The translations under genes and the position numbers were made by a program. The notes beneath the pieces were generated by a model, which saw nothing but the letters and a program-made list of their open reading frames with translations, was not told where the DNA came from and did not search any database. A stretch of 58,043 nt of DNA, taken from positions 1 to 58,043 of the forward strand of contig JAZNDG010000087.1 in the NCBI GenBank assembly GCA_045587985.1. The letters are read 5' to 3'. This DNA is from Eubacteriales bacterium (lineage in GTDB: Bacteria; Bacillota; Clostridia; Oscillospirales; CAG-272). Below are positions 1-8,922 of this stretch, one piece after another (positions within the stretch are counted from its first letter, which is position 1; each line of letters starts with the position of its first letter).

Positions 1-114
1 GAGGAAGCTCCCGCCGTGGAGGAAGCTCCCGCCGAGGAGGAAACCCCCGCCGAGGAGGAGGCTCCCACCGTGGAGGAGGCTCCCACCGTGGAGGAAGCTC
101 CCACCGCAGAGGAA
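1..114 (+). repeat. Coding 18-bp tandem repeat (about 6 copies, EEAP[A/T][V/E])
   Basis: gaggaagctcccgccgtg / gaggaagctcccgccgag / gaggaaacccccgccgag / gaggaggctcccaccgtg x2 / gaggaagctcccaccgca. Confidence 0.9.
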
Positions 115-2379
115 AAAGAACCTGAAATTGAAGAAATCGCGCTTTATGATATCATCGATGCGCTGATTGCCGAAAACCGCGAGAGAAAGCGGGCAGAGGC
201 AGAGGCGGAGGAGGATCTCTTTTCCTCCCGCGCCCTTGATATTACGGATGAGCTCTTTGCAAAAGAGGCTCCTTTGGCCGAGGCGGCAGAGCCTGCCCCA
301 CAAGAGGAAGAAGCCCCTGCCGCAGAGCCCGCCTCCCCGACCGAGGAGCCGGCACCCGAAGCCGCTGTGGAGGAGAGATCCCCCTCCTCGGTTGCAGAGC
401 CGCCGATTTCGGACGGGATATGGACGGTCGCATCCCTTGCCTCGGAGGAGGCCGCTGCCGCAAAGAAAGCGCGCCGCCGCCGCTTCCGTGCCAAATTCCT
501 CTTTAAGGCCATCCCCTTTTCGGATGTGGGTGAGGGTACGTTCCTCTTTACGGACCGTGATGATGGGGAAAAGGCCGCCGCGAATGAAGAGGGTGTCGGC
601 ACGCTCCATCCGCAGGACTTCTTTATTGCCGACCTCCGCCGTGAGGAGCTGACGGCAGAGGAGGCCGAGGAGTACGTATCTCGCAATCAGATCGAAACCG
701 TCCTTTCCCGCTATGACGAGAAAAAGCGGCAAAAGGGCATACGCTTCCTTCTTTCGATCCTTGTTTCTCTTTTCGCACTCGTCTTTGAAAATCTGCCCCT
801 GCTTGGGGTGTCGGTGCCGGATCTTTTCGGATTTGCGCCCCGTATTTATACGCTCCTTGACTTTGCGCTTCTCGCGGTTGGGCTTCTTCTTGCCACCGAT
901 ATTTTGCGTGAGGGAGTTAAAGAGCTTTTTGCCTGGGAGCTTGGCACCTCGGGAATCGCCCTGGTGGCCACCCTTGTATCCTCGCTCATTTCGCTGATCG
1001 CGCTTATCGGCGGAACAGCGGCAGAGGTGCCCCCCTCTATCCTCCCCGCGCTTCTTACCGTTACCATGGCCCTCGGCTTTTCCCGCCTTCATACAGGGGA
1101 TGCCGAAAAGACCTTTACCTACCTTTGCGAATCGGGGGACAAGCTGGCGGCCGAGATCTTACCGTCCGCCTATGCCACCGAGGAGTCGGCCGCGCTCGGC
1201 CGCCGTGTGAGGAGTGTTCTGCGTGTGAAGAAGGTTGGGTTTGTGACAGGCTTTTTCGCCCGCATGAAGACACGGCGTGAAGACTACCGTCTGCACACCG
1301 TCCTTACCCTTTCTTCTCTCGGTGCGCTTCTTTTGGGTACGCTTCTTTATCTTCTCATTGCAAAGGGGCCAACGCTTGCCTCCGTCCTTTCGTTTGCCTC
1401 CTGGCTTGCGCTCCCGCTTTCGCTGTCGGTCTATTTTGCCGCCCGCCGCCTTTCCTTCCACCACCTTGTGGAAACGGCGGATGCCCACGGTACGGCCGTG
1501 CTTGGAGAGGCCGCAGTAGAGGAATACGCCTCTGTTGATTCGGTCGCCTTTGAGGACGTGGAGGCTTTCCCCTCGCGCAATGTGCGGGTAAAGCGCATCA
1601 AGATGTACGACAACAGCCGTCTTGACGAGCTTCTTTACTATATGGCTGGCATCTTCTCGGTATTGGGCGGCCCGCTTGACGGTGTTTTCCGTGTCTCGGC
1701 ATCCGAGCTTGGGATCTCGGAGAATGTCACGCTTCTTTCCACCGCCCCCGAAGGGCTTGAGGCGACCGTGGACGGTACCCCCGTCAGCATCGGCAGATGG
1801 GGCTATTTCCCCAAGGAGCGTGTGGAGGCCTACTACGATACCGAGGACGTCTATAAGGAGGATGCCGGTAACATCAGCATTCTTTATGTGGCTGTCGGCG
1901 GTAGGATCAGGGCAAAGCTCTATATCGAGTATACCCTCAGCCGCCGCTTTGAAAAGACCGTCCGCCGTCTGCAGAGGAACGGGATCACCCCGCTTGTCCG
2001 CAGCTTTGATCCGGGCATTACCGATGCGCTTCTTTCCACCACCGTGCATTTCCCCGACCTTCGTATCAAGGCGGTTCGCAAGAAGGCGGACCAGATCTAC
2101 GATTTTGCCGAGGCGCGGGTGGATGCGGGCCTTGTTACGGGTGCCGGCTCGCGCGATCTTTTCTACACCTTCTTCCTCTGCCAGAATTACCGTAAGGCGA
2201 TCCTTCTTCTCCGCTGGGTCAAGATCTTTTCGGTACCCCTGACCCTCTTTGCCTCACTTCTTCTTGCCCTTCTTTCGGGTGTTGGCACCTTCTATTCTGT
2301 GTACGGCGCAGTCCTCTCTCTTGTATGGCTTCTGCCCGTATATCTTGTTTCGCGCTCCTATTTCAAGAAAGAAAGATAG
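1..2379 (+). CDS. Large membrane protein, degenerate P1B-type ATPase-like, acidic repetitive N-terminus (5'-truncated by window edge)
   Basis: Frame is open from base 1; several hydrophobic segments; GTAVLGEAAVEEYASVDSVAFEDVEAFP, GLEATVDGTPVSIG and LYVAVGG...LQRNGITPLVRSFD follow the P/N-domain layout of heavy-metal ATPases, but DKTGT is absent. Confidence 0.6.
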   Translation, partial: EEAPAVEEAPAEEETPAEEEAPTVEEAPTVEEAPTAEEKEPEIEEIALYDIIDALIAENRERKRAEAEAEEDLFSSRALDITDELFAKEAPLAEAAEPAPQEEEAPAAEPASPTEEPAPEAAVEERSPSSVAEPPISDGIWTVASLASEEAAAAKKARRRRFRAKFLFKAIPFSDVGEGTFLFTDRDDGEKAAANEEGVGTLHPQDFFIADLRREELTAEEAEEYVSRNQIETVLSRYDEKKRQKGIRFLLSILVSLFALVFENLPLLGVSVPDLFGFAPRIYTLLDFALLAVGLLLATDILREGVKELFAWELGTSGIALVATLVSSLISLIALIGGTAAEVPPSILPALLTVTMALGFSRLHTGDAEKTFTYLCESGDKLAAEILPSAYATEESAALGRRVRSVLRVKKVGFVTGFFARMKTRREDYRLHTVLTLSSLGALLLGTLLYLLIAKGPTLASVLSFASWLALPLSLSVYFAARRLSFHHLVETADAHGTAVLGEAAVEEYASVDSVAFEDVEAFPSRNVRVKRIKMYDNSRLDELLYYMAGIFSVLGGPLDGVFRVSASELGISENVTLLSTAPEGLEATVDGTPVSIGRWGYFPKERVEAYYDTEDVYKEDAGNISILYVAVGGRIRAKLYIEYTLSRRFEKTVRRLQRNGITPLVRSFDPGITDALLSTTVHFPDLRIKAVRKKADQIYDFAEARVDAGLVTGAGSRDLFYTFFLCQNYRKAILLLRWVKIFSVPLTLFASLLLALLSGVGTFYSVYGAVLSLVWLLPVYLVSRSYFKKER

Positions 2380-2382
2380 ACT

Positions 2383-4233
2383 ATGAACGTTTGTGACTGT
2401 CCCGAGCTTTTGCGCTCGGTGGAAAAGCCGGGGCGATATACCGGCGGTGAGCTTTATGAGATCAAAAAGGATCCTGCCACTGTCGATCTGCGTATCGCCT
2501 TCTGCTTTCCCGATACCTATGAGATCGGTATGTCGAACCTCGGCATGCGGATCCTTTACGACTGCCTGAATGCCGAGGAGGGCGTTGCCTGTGAGCGCGC
2601 CTATGCCCCCTGGGGGGATATGGCCGCAAAAATGCGCGAGCATCACCTTGCGCTTTCCACGCTTGAGAGCGGTGATCCGCTTTCCTCCTTTGATGTGGTC
2701 GCCTTTACGCTTCAGTATGAGCTGGCCTATACCACCGCCCTTCAGATGATGAAGCTTGGCGGCATTCCCCTCCTTGCCTGCGAGCGAGGTGAGGAGTGGC
2801 CGATCCTCCTTGGCGGCGGCCCCTGCGCCTATAATGCCGAGCCGATTGCCGATTTCTTTGATATCTTCTCGATCGGAGAAGGGGAGGAGGCCCTGCCCGA
2901 GCTTGCCCGCCTCCTTCGCAAAATGAAGAAGGACGGCAGCTACACAAAGGAAGCCTTTTTGCGTGAGGCATCCCACCTTGAGGGCTTCTATGTCCCCTCT
3001 CTTTACGATGTTTCCTACATGGATGACGGCAAAATCGCCGCCATTACCCCGAAATACCCCGATGTACCGGCAAAGGTCCGCAAGCGCATCATCCGTGACC
3101 TCGATGCGGCGCGCGTGCCGCTTCGCCCGGTTCTGCCGTATATCGAAACGGTGCATGACCGTGTGATGCTTGAAACCTACCGCGGCTGTATCCGCGGCTG
3201 CCGCTTCTGCCAGGCGGGGATGGTCTATCGCCCGGTGCGTGAGCGCTCGGTCGATACCCTTTGTGAGCAGGCGGCTACCCTCGTTGCCAATACGGGGTAT
3301 GAGGAGATCTCCCTGATCGCGCTCAGCATCAGCGATTATTCAAAGGTGGATGCGCTTACCGACCGCCTCCTTTCCTGGACGGATGACAAGAAGGTAAACA
3401 TTTCTTTACCCTCCCTCCGGGTTGACAGCTTCACGAAGGAGCTGATGGACAAGGTGTCCACCGTCCGCATGGGCGGCATCACCTTCGCGCCAGAGGCAGG
3501 CACACAGCGCCTGCGGGACGTGATCAATAAGAATGTCGAGGAGGAGGACCTTCTCCGTGCCACCGGCATCGCCTTTGAGGCGGGCAAGGGCAACGTCAAG
3601 CTCTATTTTATGCTTGGCCTGCCTACCGAGCGGGACGAGGACCTTCTCGGTATTGCCGAGCTTGGCAACCGCGTGGTGTCGCGCTATTTTGAAGTGCCGA
3701 AGGAGAAGCGCTCGCCGCGCGGCGTCAGCGTGACGCTCAGCGTGTCCTGCTTCATTCCCAAGCCCTTCACCCCCTTCCAGTGGGAGGCGCAGGATACGCT
3801 TGAGGAGCTTATGCGCAAGCAGGAGTTCTTGAAGAGCAATATCACCAGCCGCCGCCTGACCTACAACTATCATGAGGCGCGCGTTTCGCGCATTGAGGCG
3901 GTGTTTGCCCGTGGGGACCGCCGCCTCTCAAAGGCGCTTCTTCTCGCCGCCGAGGAGGGCAGATGCTTTGATGCGTGGGACGAGTGCTTCTCCTACGATG
4001 CGTGGTGCGATATCTTTGCCCGCGCGGGGATCGACCCCTCCTTCTACGCCAACCGTCCCTTCGGTCGGGATGAGGTCCTGCCGTGGGATATGATCGACTG
4101 CGGTGTCACCAAGGAGTTCCTTCTCCGTGAGCGTGACCGCGCCTATGCCGAAAAGACCACCCCCTCCTGCCGTGAGCACTGCTCGGGCTGTGGGGCAAGC
4201 AAGCTGGGAGGAAACTGCACATGGTGTCCCTGA
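2383..4233 (+). CDS. TIGR03960-family B12-binding radical SAM protein
   Basis: VEKPGRYTGGE, FPDTYEIGMSNLG, RGCIRGCRFCQAG (CxxxCxxC), FAPEAGTQRLR, C-terminal CREHCSGCG. Confidence 0.9.
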   Translation: MNVCDCPELLRSVEKPGRYTGGELYEIKKDPATVDLRIAFCFPDTYEIGMSNLGMRILYDCLNAEEGVACERAYAPWGDMAAKMREHHLALSTLESGDPLSSFDVVAFTLQYELAYTTALQMMKLGGIPLLACERGEEWPILLGGGPCAYNAEPIADFFDIFSIGEGEEALPELARLLRKMKKDGSYTKEAFLREASHLEGFYVPSLYDVSYMDDGKIAAITPKYPDVPAKVRKRIIRDLDAARVPLRPVLPYIETVHDRVMLETYRGCIRGCRFCQAGMVYRPVRERSVDTLCEQAATLVANTGYEEISLIALSISDYSKVDALTDRLLSWTDDKKVNISLPSLRVDSFTKELMDKVSTVRMGGITFAPEAGTQRLRDVINKNVEEEDLLRATGIAFEAGKGNVKLYFMLGLPTERDEDLLGIAELGNRVVSRYFEVPKEKRSPRGVSVTLSVSCFIPKPFTPFQWEAQDTLEELMRKQEFLKSNITSRRLTYNYHEARVSRIEAVFARGDRRLSKALLLAAEEGRCFDAWDECFSYDAWCDIFARAGIDPSFYANRPFGRDEVLPWDMIDCGVTKEFLLRERDRAYAEKTTPSCREHCSGCGASKLGGNCTWCP

Positions 4234-4955
4234 TTACCAAAGCGCCGCCTGCCGATGCCCCCCATATCACGCTGCGCTTTCGCTATACGAAAAGAGGGGC
4301 GCTTGCCTATATCTCGCATCTTGACGTGCTCCGCACCTTCATCAAGGCGCTGAACCGCGCAGGCCTTCCGCTTGCGTATTCGGAGGGCTTTTCTCCGCAC
4401 CCCAAGCTCACCTTTGCCGCCCCCCTTGCGGTCGGGCAGGAGAGCGTGTGTGAGTATCTTGACGTACGCCTTTCGGAGCATATGGAGCCCGCCTTGGCAA
4501 TGGCCGCCCTGAATGCGACTCTGCCAAAGGATCTTCGTATCACGGCGGCAGGCTACCCCACCGCAAAATTCTCGGTCATTGACCGTGCAAGCTACGAGAT
4601 CAAGATCCGTACGGAGGGCGCAAGCGAGGCGCTCTGTGAGCGTGCCGTATCCATACTCGGGAGCCGTCCGCTTCTTGTTTTCAAGCGCTCAAAGGCCGGC
4701 GACCGCGATGTTGACGTATCGGGCAATATCCTCTCGGTCGCGGGAGAATACCGTGATGGCGCGATCCTCCTTCGTCTTACCCTGCGCGCCGAGGGCGGTG
4801 CCTTTTTGAATACCGACTATCTCCTTTCGCTTTTGCGGCGGGAGCTTGGGATCCTCTCACACGATCCCCTTTGCGAATTTGCAACCGTGCTCCGCACCTC
4901 GCTTGCAGACGGTAGCGGTACGACCTTTACCGAGGATGAGGATTCTTATGTATAA
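4221..4955 (+). CDS. TIGR03936-family radical SAM-associated protein (DUF2344)
   Basis: YISHLD, RAGLPLAYSEGFSPHPK, PLAVGQES; overlaps the upstream radical SAM gene. Confidence 0.88.
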   Translation: MVSLITKAPPADAPHITLRFRYTKRGALAYISHLDVLRTFIKALNRAGLPLAYSEGFSPHPKLTFAAPLAVGQESVCEYLDVRLSEHMEPALAMAALNATLPKDLRITAAGYPTAKFSVIDRASYEIKIRTEGASEALCERAVSILGSRPLLVFKRSKAGDRDVDVSGNILSVAGEYRDGAILLRLTLRAEGGAFLNTDYLLSLLRRELGILSHDPLCEFATVLRTSLADGSGTTFTEDEDSYV

Positions 4956-5601
4956 GACCTTGATATTTGACCTTGACGGCACGGTTCTTGATACGATCGG
5001 CGACCTTGCATCTGCCGTTAATCACGCTCTTTCGCTTCATAAGTACCCCACCCACACGACCGATGCCATCCTTCGCATGGTCGGCAACGGTGTTGGTTCG
5101 CTTATCGCCTGCGCCCTGCCGGGTGGGGCGGAGAACCCCGACTATTGCGCGGTGCTTGCCGATTTCCGCGCCTATTACGAGCTGCACAAAAGCGATACGA
5201 CCGCCCCCTACCGCGGCATCCTTCCGATGCTTGCGCGCCTTTCCGAGGCGGGCTTTGCGATGGCCATCGTTTCAAATAAGTTTGACAAGGCAGTCAAGGC
5301 GCTTGCCACCACCTTTTTCTCGGATACCATCAGGGTGGCGATCGGGGAGAGAGAAGGGGTTGCGCGTAAGCCCGCCCCCGATGCCGTCTTTGCCGCGCTT
5401 TCGGAGCTTGGCGTGAGTGCCGAGGGCGCCGTCTTTATCGGCGATTCGGAGGTGGATATTGAAACCGCACGCAACGCAGGCCTTCCTTGCCTTGCGGTTG
5501 GCTGGGGCTTCCGCACGAGGGAGGATCTCCTTTTGGCAGGAGCCGATGCGGTCTATATGACGCCCGAGGAGCTGACAGCCCATCTGCTTTCTAATATCTG
5601 A
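4948..5601 (+). CDS. HAD-family hydrolase (phosphoglycolate phosphatase-like)
   Basis: IFDLDGTVLDT, VSNK, RKPAPD, IGDSEVD; ATG 4948 overlaps the previous stop. Confidence 0.9.
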   Translation: MYKTLIFDLDGTVLDTIGDLASAVNHALSLHKYPTHTTDAILRMVGNGVGSLIACALPGGAENPDYCAVLADFRAYYELHKSDTTAPYRGILPMLARLSEAGFAMAIVSNKFDKAVKALATTFFSDTIRVAIGEREGVARKPAPDAVFAALSELGVSAEGAVFIGDSEVDIETARNAGLPCLAVGWGFRTREDLLLAGADAVYMTPEELTAHLLSNI

Positions 5602-5632
5602 AAAATGCCCGACTGCTTGTCGGGCATTTTTT
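5602..5632. terminator. Bidirectional intrinsic terminator
   Basis: aaaaatgcccgac-tgctt-gtcgggcattttt between convergent genes. Confidence 0.85.
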
Positions 5633-5996
5633 AAACAAGATCCGAGAACTGCGGAATCAGATCCCGCCTCATGTTCTCAAGGATGCTTTGAACCTCACTG
5701 CGCAAGATCTGATATTCATCCTCATTCCCCATCCGTGCGGCAGCCTCCGCGCGGGATACGGCTATATTCAGCTCGTCTATGCGCTCGTGATGAAAGAGAT
5801 GGTTGAGCAAAAACAGCTCGGAAAGAATACGGTCGCCGAGCGTGGTGAGGGTAGGCAGGGCATCGTTTGGCGAAAGAGCTTCATCCGGCAATAAATCGAT
5901 GTATTCCTCGATCCTTTTTATCCCCACAGCCGAGGAGATGATCACCGTCGTCAAAAGCACCGCTATCACGAGCAGGGCAATGATAAATGCCTTCAC
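5631..5996 (-). CDS. DUF4363-like small protein with N-terminal hydrophobic helix
   Basis: MKAFIIALLVIAVLL; HHERIDEL motif; coupled to the DUF421 gene, its usual partner. Confidence 0.65.
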   Translation of the reverse strand: MKAFIIALLVIAVLLTTVIISSAVGIKRIEEYIDLLPDEALSPNDALPTLTTLGDRILSELFLLNHLFHHERIDELNIAVSRAEAAARMGNEDEYQILRSEVQSILENMRRDLIPQFSDLV

Positions 5997-6670
5997 GTCT
6001 TTGCCTCCTTTTTCGTGATCCTCACCTCTCCGGCATCGTCAAGCGTCAGAAGGAAAATGTTCTCGATATCGGCTCCCTCTCGGCGGCATACGCTTCTCAG
6101 CCAGCCCTCGGTTTTTCCCATACGCAGGAGCGTGTCGCTGTCGATGACGCCGTCCGCAATCAGGGGGAAGGCGCAGCCCTGCTCGGCTACCTCCTTGCCC
6201 ATATCTCGGGCTGTTGGCGGCTCGCAGTCCGAACGCGCCAACAGCGAGAACTTCCCGTTTTCTTCAAGAATGGCATAATAAATATCCCCAACATCGCGGT
6301 AGCCCTGCTGGCGCACCGCGCTAAGCAGCTCCCCCACCGTCAAGCGCACCCGTAAAAGCTCCCCCTGGTCGATGACACCGCGGTTTATAAGGATCGAGGG
6401 GCGGGATTCGAATATTCTCTTCAGAATATTAATGCGCCCCTTGAGAAAGGTGATCACAATCTCGGTAGCTACGATCAAGAGGATCGGGATGAACACGTGC
6501 GAAAGAGAAATTTCGGGATCCTCGATCGGCAGGGATGCGAGCTGGGAAAGAAGCAGGGTGGTCACAAGCTCGGACATTTCAAGCTCGCCCACCTGGCGCT
6601 TGCCCATGGCTCTTATCACCACCGTGATAAGGATGTAAAGGATCAGGGTACGAAAGAGAATCGCATACAT
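5993..6670 (-). CDS. DUF421 (YetF-like) membrane protein
   Basis: RAMGKRQVGEL, AILEENGKFS, LIADG. Confidence 0.88.
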   Translation of the reverse strand: MYAILFRTLILYILITVVIRAMGKRQVGELEMSELVTTLLLSQLASLPIEDPEISLSHVFIPILLIVATEIVITFLKGRINILKRIFESRPSILINRGVIDQGELLRVRLTVGELLSAVRQQGYRDVGDIYYAILEENGKFSLLARSDCEPPTARDMGKEVAEQGCAFPLIADGVIDSDTLLRMGKTEGWLRSVCRREGADIENIFLLTLDDAGEVRITKKEAKT

Positions 6671-6690
6671 AAAAAATCCCCCTTTGCCCG

Positions 6691-6720
6691 ATAGTATGGG
6701 CTACGGAGGGATTTTTATTC
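6691..6720 (-). promoter_or_regulatory. Putative sporulation sigma-E-type promoter
   Basis: Minus strand GAATAAA-15 nt-CATACTAT, followed by a GGGGGA RBS. Confidence 0.5.
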
Positions 6721-7053
6721 TTATAGGCCTTTTGCCGTTAAGGCGATCAGAAGCGAAAGATCGTCCTCCTGCTCGCCGCCCGGGCTTTTCGTTGCTCGGT
6801 TTCGTACCCGCGTGCCGCACAGCTCACACTCATGCGTGATGATATAGCCGCGGCGCGCATCCGGCTCGGCAAAAAGCGGGCGCATTCTGCCGCGGCAGGT
6901 GTTTTGCCTGTCACCCGGCATGATGTCCACATGGAGTGACCAAAGACAAAAGGGGCAGTGATTGCGGGAGGTATAGCCAAGCGGTGCAACCTCTCGTCCG
7001 CAGTGCGCGCAGACAAAGCCCGCATCATTTTTTGAAAAGCGTTTGGTTTCCAT
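6721..7053 (-). CDS. RNHCP domain protein
   Basis: FVCAHCG, SRNHCPFCLWSLHVD, PGDR, HECELCG. Confidence 0.9.
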   Translation of the reverse strand: METKRFSKNDAGFVCAHCGREVAPLGYTSRNHCPFCLWSLHVDIMPGDRQNTCRGRMRPLFAEPDARRGYIITHECELCGTRVRNRATKSPGGEQEDDLSLLIALTAKGL

Positions 7054-7135
7054 ATACTGTCAGCTTGCTCCTTGATAAAAGCGTTTGTCTGTGCAGATAC
7101 TATGTCTGCAGCATTTGCTGTTGGAGGAAAATGAA

Positions 7136-7525
7136 ATGAAAAGACACATTCTTCCCTTATTGCTTGCAGTCTGCCTGCTTCTTTCCATGACGAGCATCAG
7201 TGCGCTTGCGGTGCCGGACGTCACCGGGAACGTAGGTGATGATAACGGTGTTGTGACGGGTGACGGTACAACCGCCACCACGGTGACCACCGCACCCGCG
7301 ACCACACCCGCAACCACAGCACCCACAACCCTGCCCACGACCACGGCCCCCACCACCGCGCCTACCACCACCGCGCCCACCACGACGGGCACGGATGATA
7401 TGGCGGAGGAGGGGAACGTAGGACGTGTGATCGGGATCATTTTAGCGATCCTGATCGCGGCGGCCATCGTTGTGCTTGTTGTGATTCTTCTGCCGCGTAT
7501 GCGGGATAAAAGAAACGGCCGATAA
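7136..7525 (+). CDS. Small exported Thr/Pro-rich membrane-anchored protein
   Basis: GGAGG RBS, signal peptide, TTAP repeats, C-terminal TM helix and basic tail. Confidence 0.75.
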   Translation: MKRHILPLLLAVCLLLSMTSISALAVPDVTGNVGDDNGVVTGDGTTATTVTTAPATTPATTAPTTLPTTTAPTTAPTTTAPTTTGTDDMAEEGNVGRVIGIILAILIAAAIVVLVVILLPRMRDKRNGR

Positions 7526-7529
7526 GGGG

Positions 7530-7557
7530 ACACGGAGGATATCCTCCGTGTTTTTTA
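7530..7557. terminator. Intrinsic terminator (22-bp perfect palindrome plus T tract)
   Basis: acacggaggatatcctccgtgt followed by T run, between convergent genes. Confidence 0.75.
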
Positions 7558-8922
7558 TTTTCCGACACAGAAATGGCTGAAGATTTCCGAAACGATCTCA
7601 TCGCCCACCGTGTGCCCATCCACCTCTCCAAGGGCGGAAAGTGCCTCCTTAAGATCGTAAAGCACCATATCGGTGGGGGCGGAGGCCCTCTCTGCCGCAA
7701 GGGCCGCAGCGAGCGAATCGCGGCTTCTTGCCAGCGATGCATACTGCCGTGCGGATGCCACGATCGGCGCTTCTCCGATCACCAGCTCTCCGTCTGTAAA
7801 GAGTGCTTCCACCGTATCCTTCAGCACCTCGGCTTCACCAAGCCTTGCCGAAAGGACAAGAACGGTCGGGAAGTGCTTTTCGATCTCCCCGCGCTCGATT
7901 TTCAAAGGCAGGTCGGATTTGTTGAGGATCGCAATGCGGGTAGGCCCTGCGGGGAGCTCGGCTATGAGCGCACGGTCCTCCTCGGTCAAGGGGGCGGATG
8001 CATCGAAGACGGCGAGAAGCAGGTCTGCCTCCCGCGCCGCGGCATAGGCGCGCTCTACTCCGATTTTTTCAATCGGATCACAGGATGCGCGCACCCCTGC
8101 CGTATCGGCAAGCTCTAAAAGCACGCGCCCAAGCGGAACGGTGCGCGAAAGCACATCTCGCGTGGTGCCGGGGGTGTCGCTGACAATGGCGGCATCCTCG
8201 CCAAGAAGCAGATTGTAAAGGCTGCTCTTGCCAACATTCGGCCGTCCCACGATCACGGTTCTTACACCCTCGGTGACGGCGCGGCCGGTGCGGTAGCTTT
8301 CAAGCAGGGACGTGATGCGCTCCGAAAGAGCCGTCAGCCGTGTATAAAGCTCGCCCTCCGCAAGCTCCGAAAGATCCTCCTCGGGAAAATCAATAAGTGC
8401 CTCCTCGGCGCCCACAAGAGAAAGAAGCTCGGAATAAAGGGAAAGGATCCGCTCGCTCAAAAGCCCGCGCGAGGCCGAAAGGCGGACCTGTGCCGCGCTC
8501 TTTGCCTCAAGCAGGGAGGCGATAGCCTCCGCTTCGCTGAGCCCGAGCCTGCCGGAAAGATAGGCGCGGCGGGTGAACTCTCCGGGGGCGGCCGGAGTGG
8601 CGCCCGCGGCAAAAAGAGCCTCAAGAACGGTTCTTGTGATCAATACGCCGCCATGGCAGGAGCATTCGACCGTATCCTCGCCGGTATAAGAGGCGGGGGA
8701 GGGAAAGGCGGTCACAAGGCCGTCATCAACAGGGGTACCCCCCTCGAGAAAATCCCCGTAGATCGCCTCGCGTGGGGAGGTGAAGGGGGATTTTTTGCCC
8801 CTCGGCCGAAAGACCTTGGCGGCGATCGCAAAGGCATCCGGCCCGGACAGACGGATAACGGCAACCCCGCCCTTGCCGGGCGGGGTCGAAATAGCGGCTA
8901 TGGTAGTGGCAAGCTTACTCAT
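7555..8922 (-). CDS. mnmE: tRNA modification GTPase MnmE
   Basis: TIAAISTPPG, SYTGED, GRPNVGKSS, GTTRD, NKSD, FCVGK. Confidence 0.97.
   Translation of the reverse strand: MSKLATTIAAISTPPGKGGVAVIRLSGPDAFAIAAKVFRPRGKKSPFTSPREAIYGDFLEGGTPVDDGLVTAFPSPASYTGEDTVECSCHGGVLITRTVLEALFAAGATPAAPGEFTRRAYLSGRLGLSEAEAIASLLEAKSAAQVRLSASRGLLSERILSLYSELLSLVGAEEALIDFPEEDLSELAEGELYTRLTALSERITSLLESYRTGRAVTEGVRTVIVGRPNVGKSSLYNLLLGEDAAIVSDTPGTTRDVLSRTVPLGRVLLELADTAGVRASCDPIEKIGVERAYAAAREADLLLAVFDASAPLTEEDRALIAELPAGPTRIAILNKSDLPLKIERGEIEKHFPTVLVLSARLGEAEVLKDTVEALFTDGELVIGEAPIVASARQYASLARSRDSLAAALAAERASAPTDMVLYDLKEALSALGEVDGHTVGDEIVSEIFSHFCVGK

Noticed and set aside
7260-7392. CRISPR-like or minisatellite array
   Set aside because: Degenerate codon repeats for TTAP inside a CDS; no repeat-spacer structure and no cas genes
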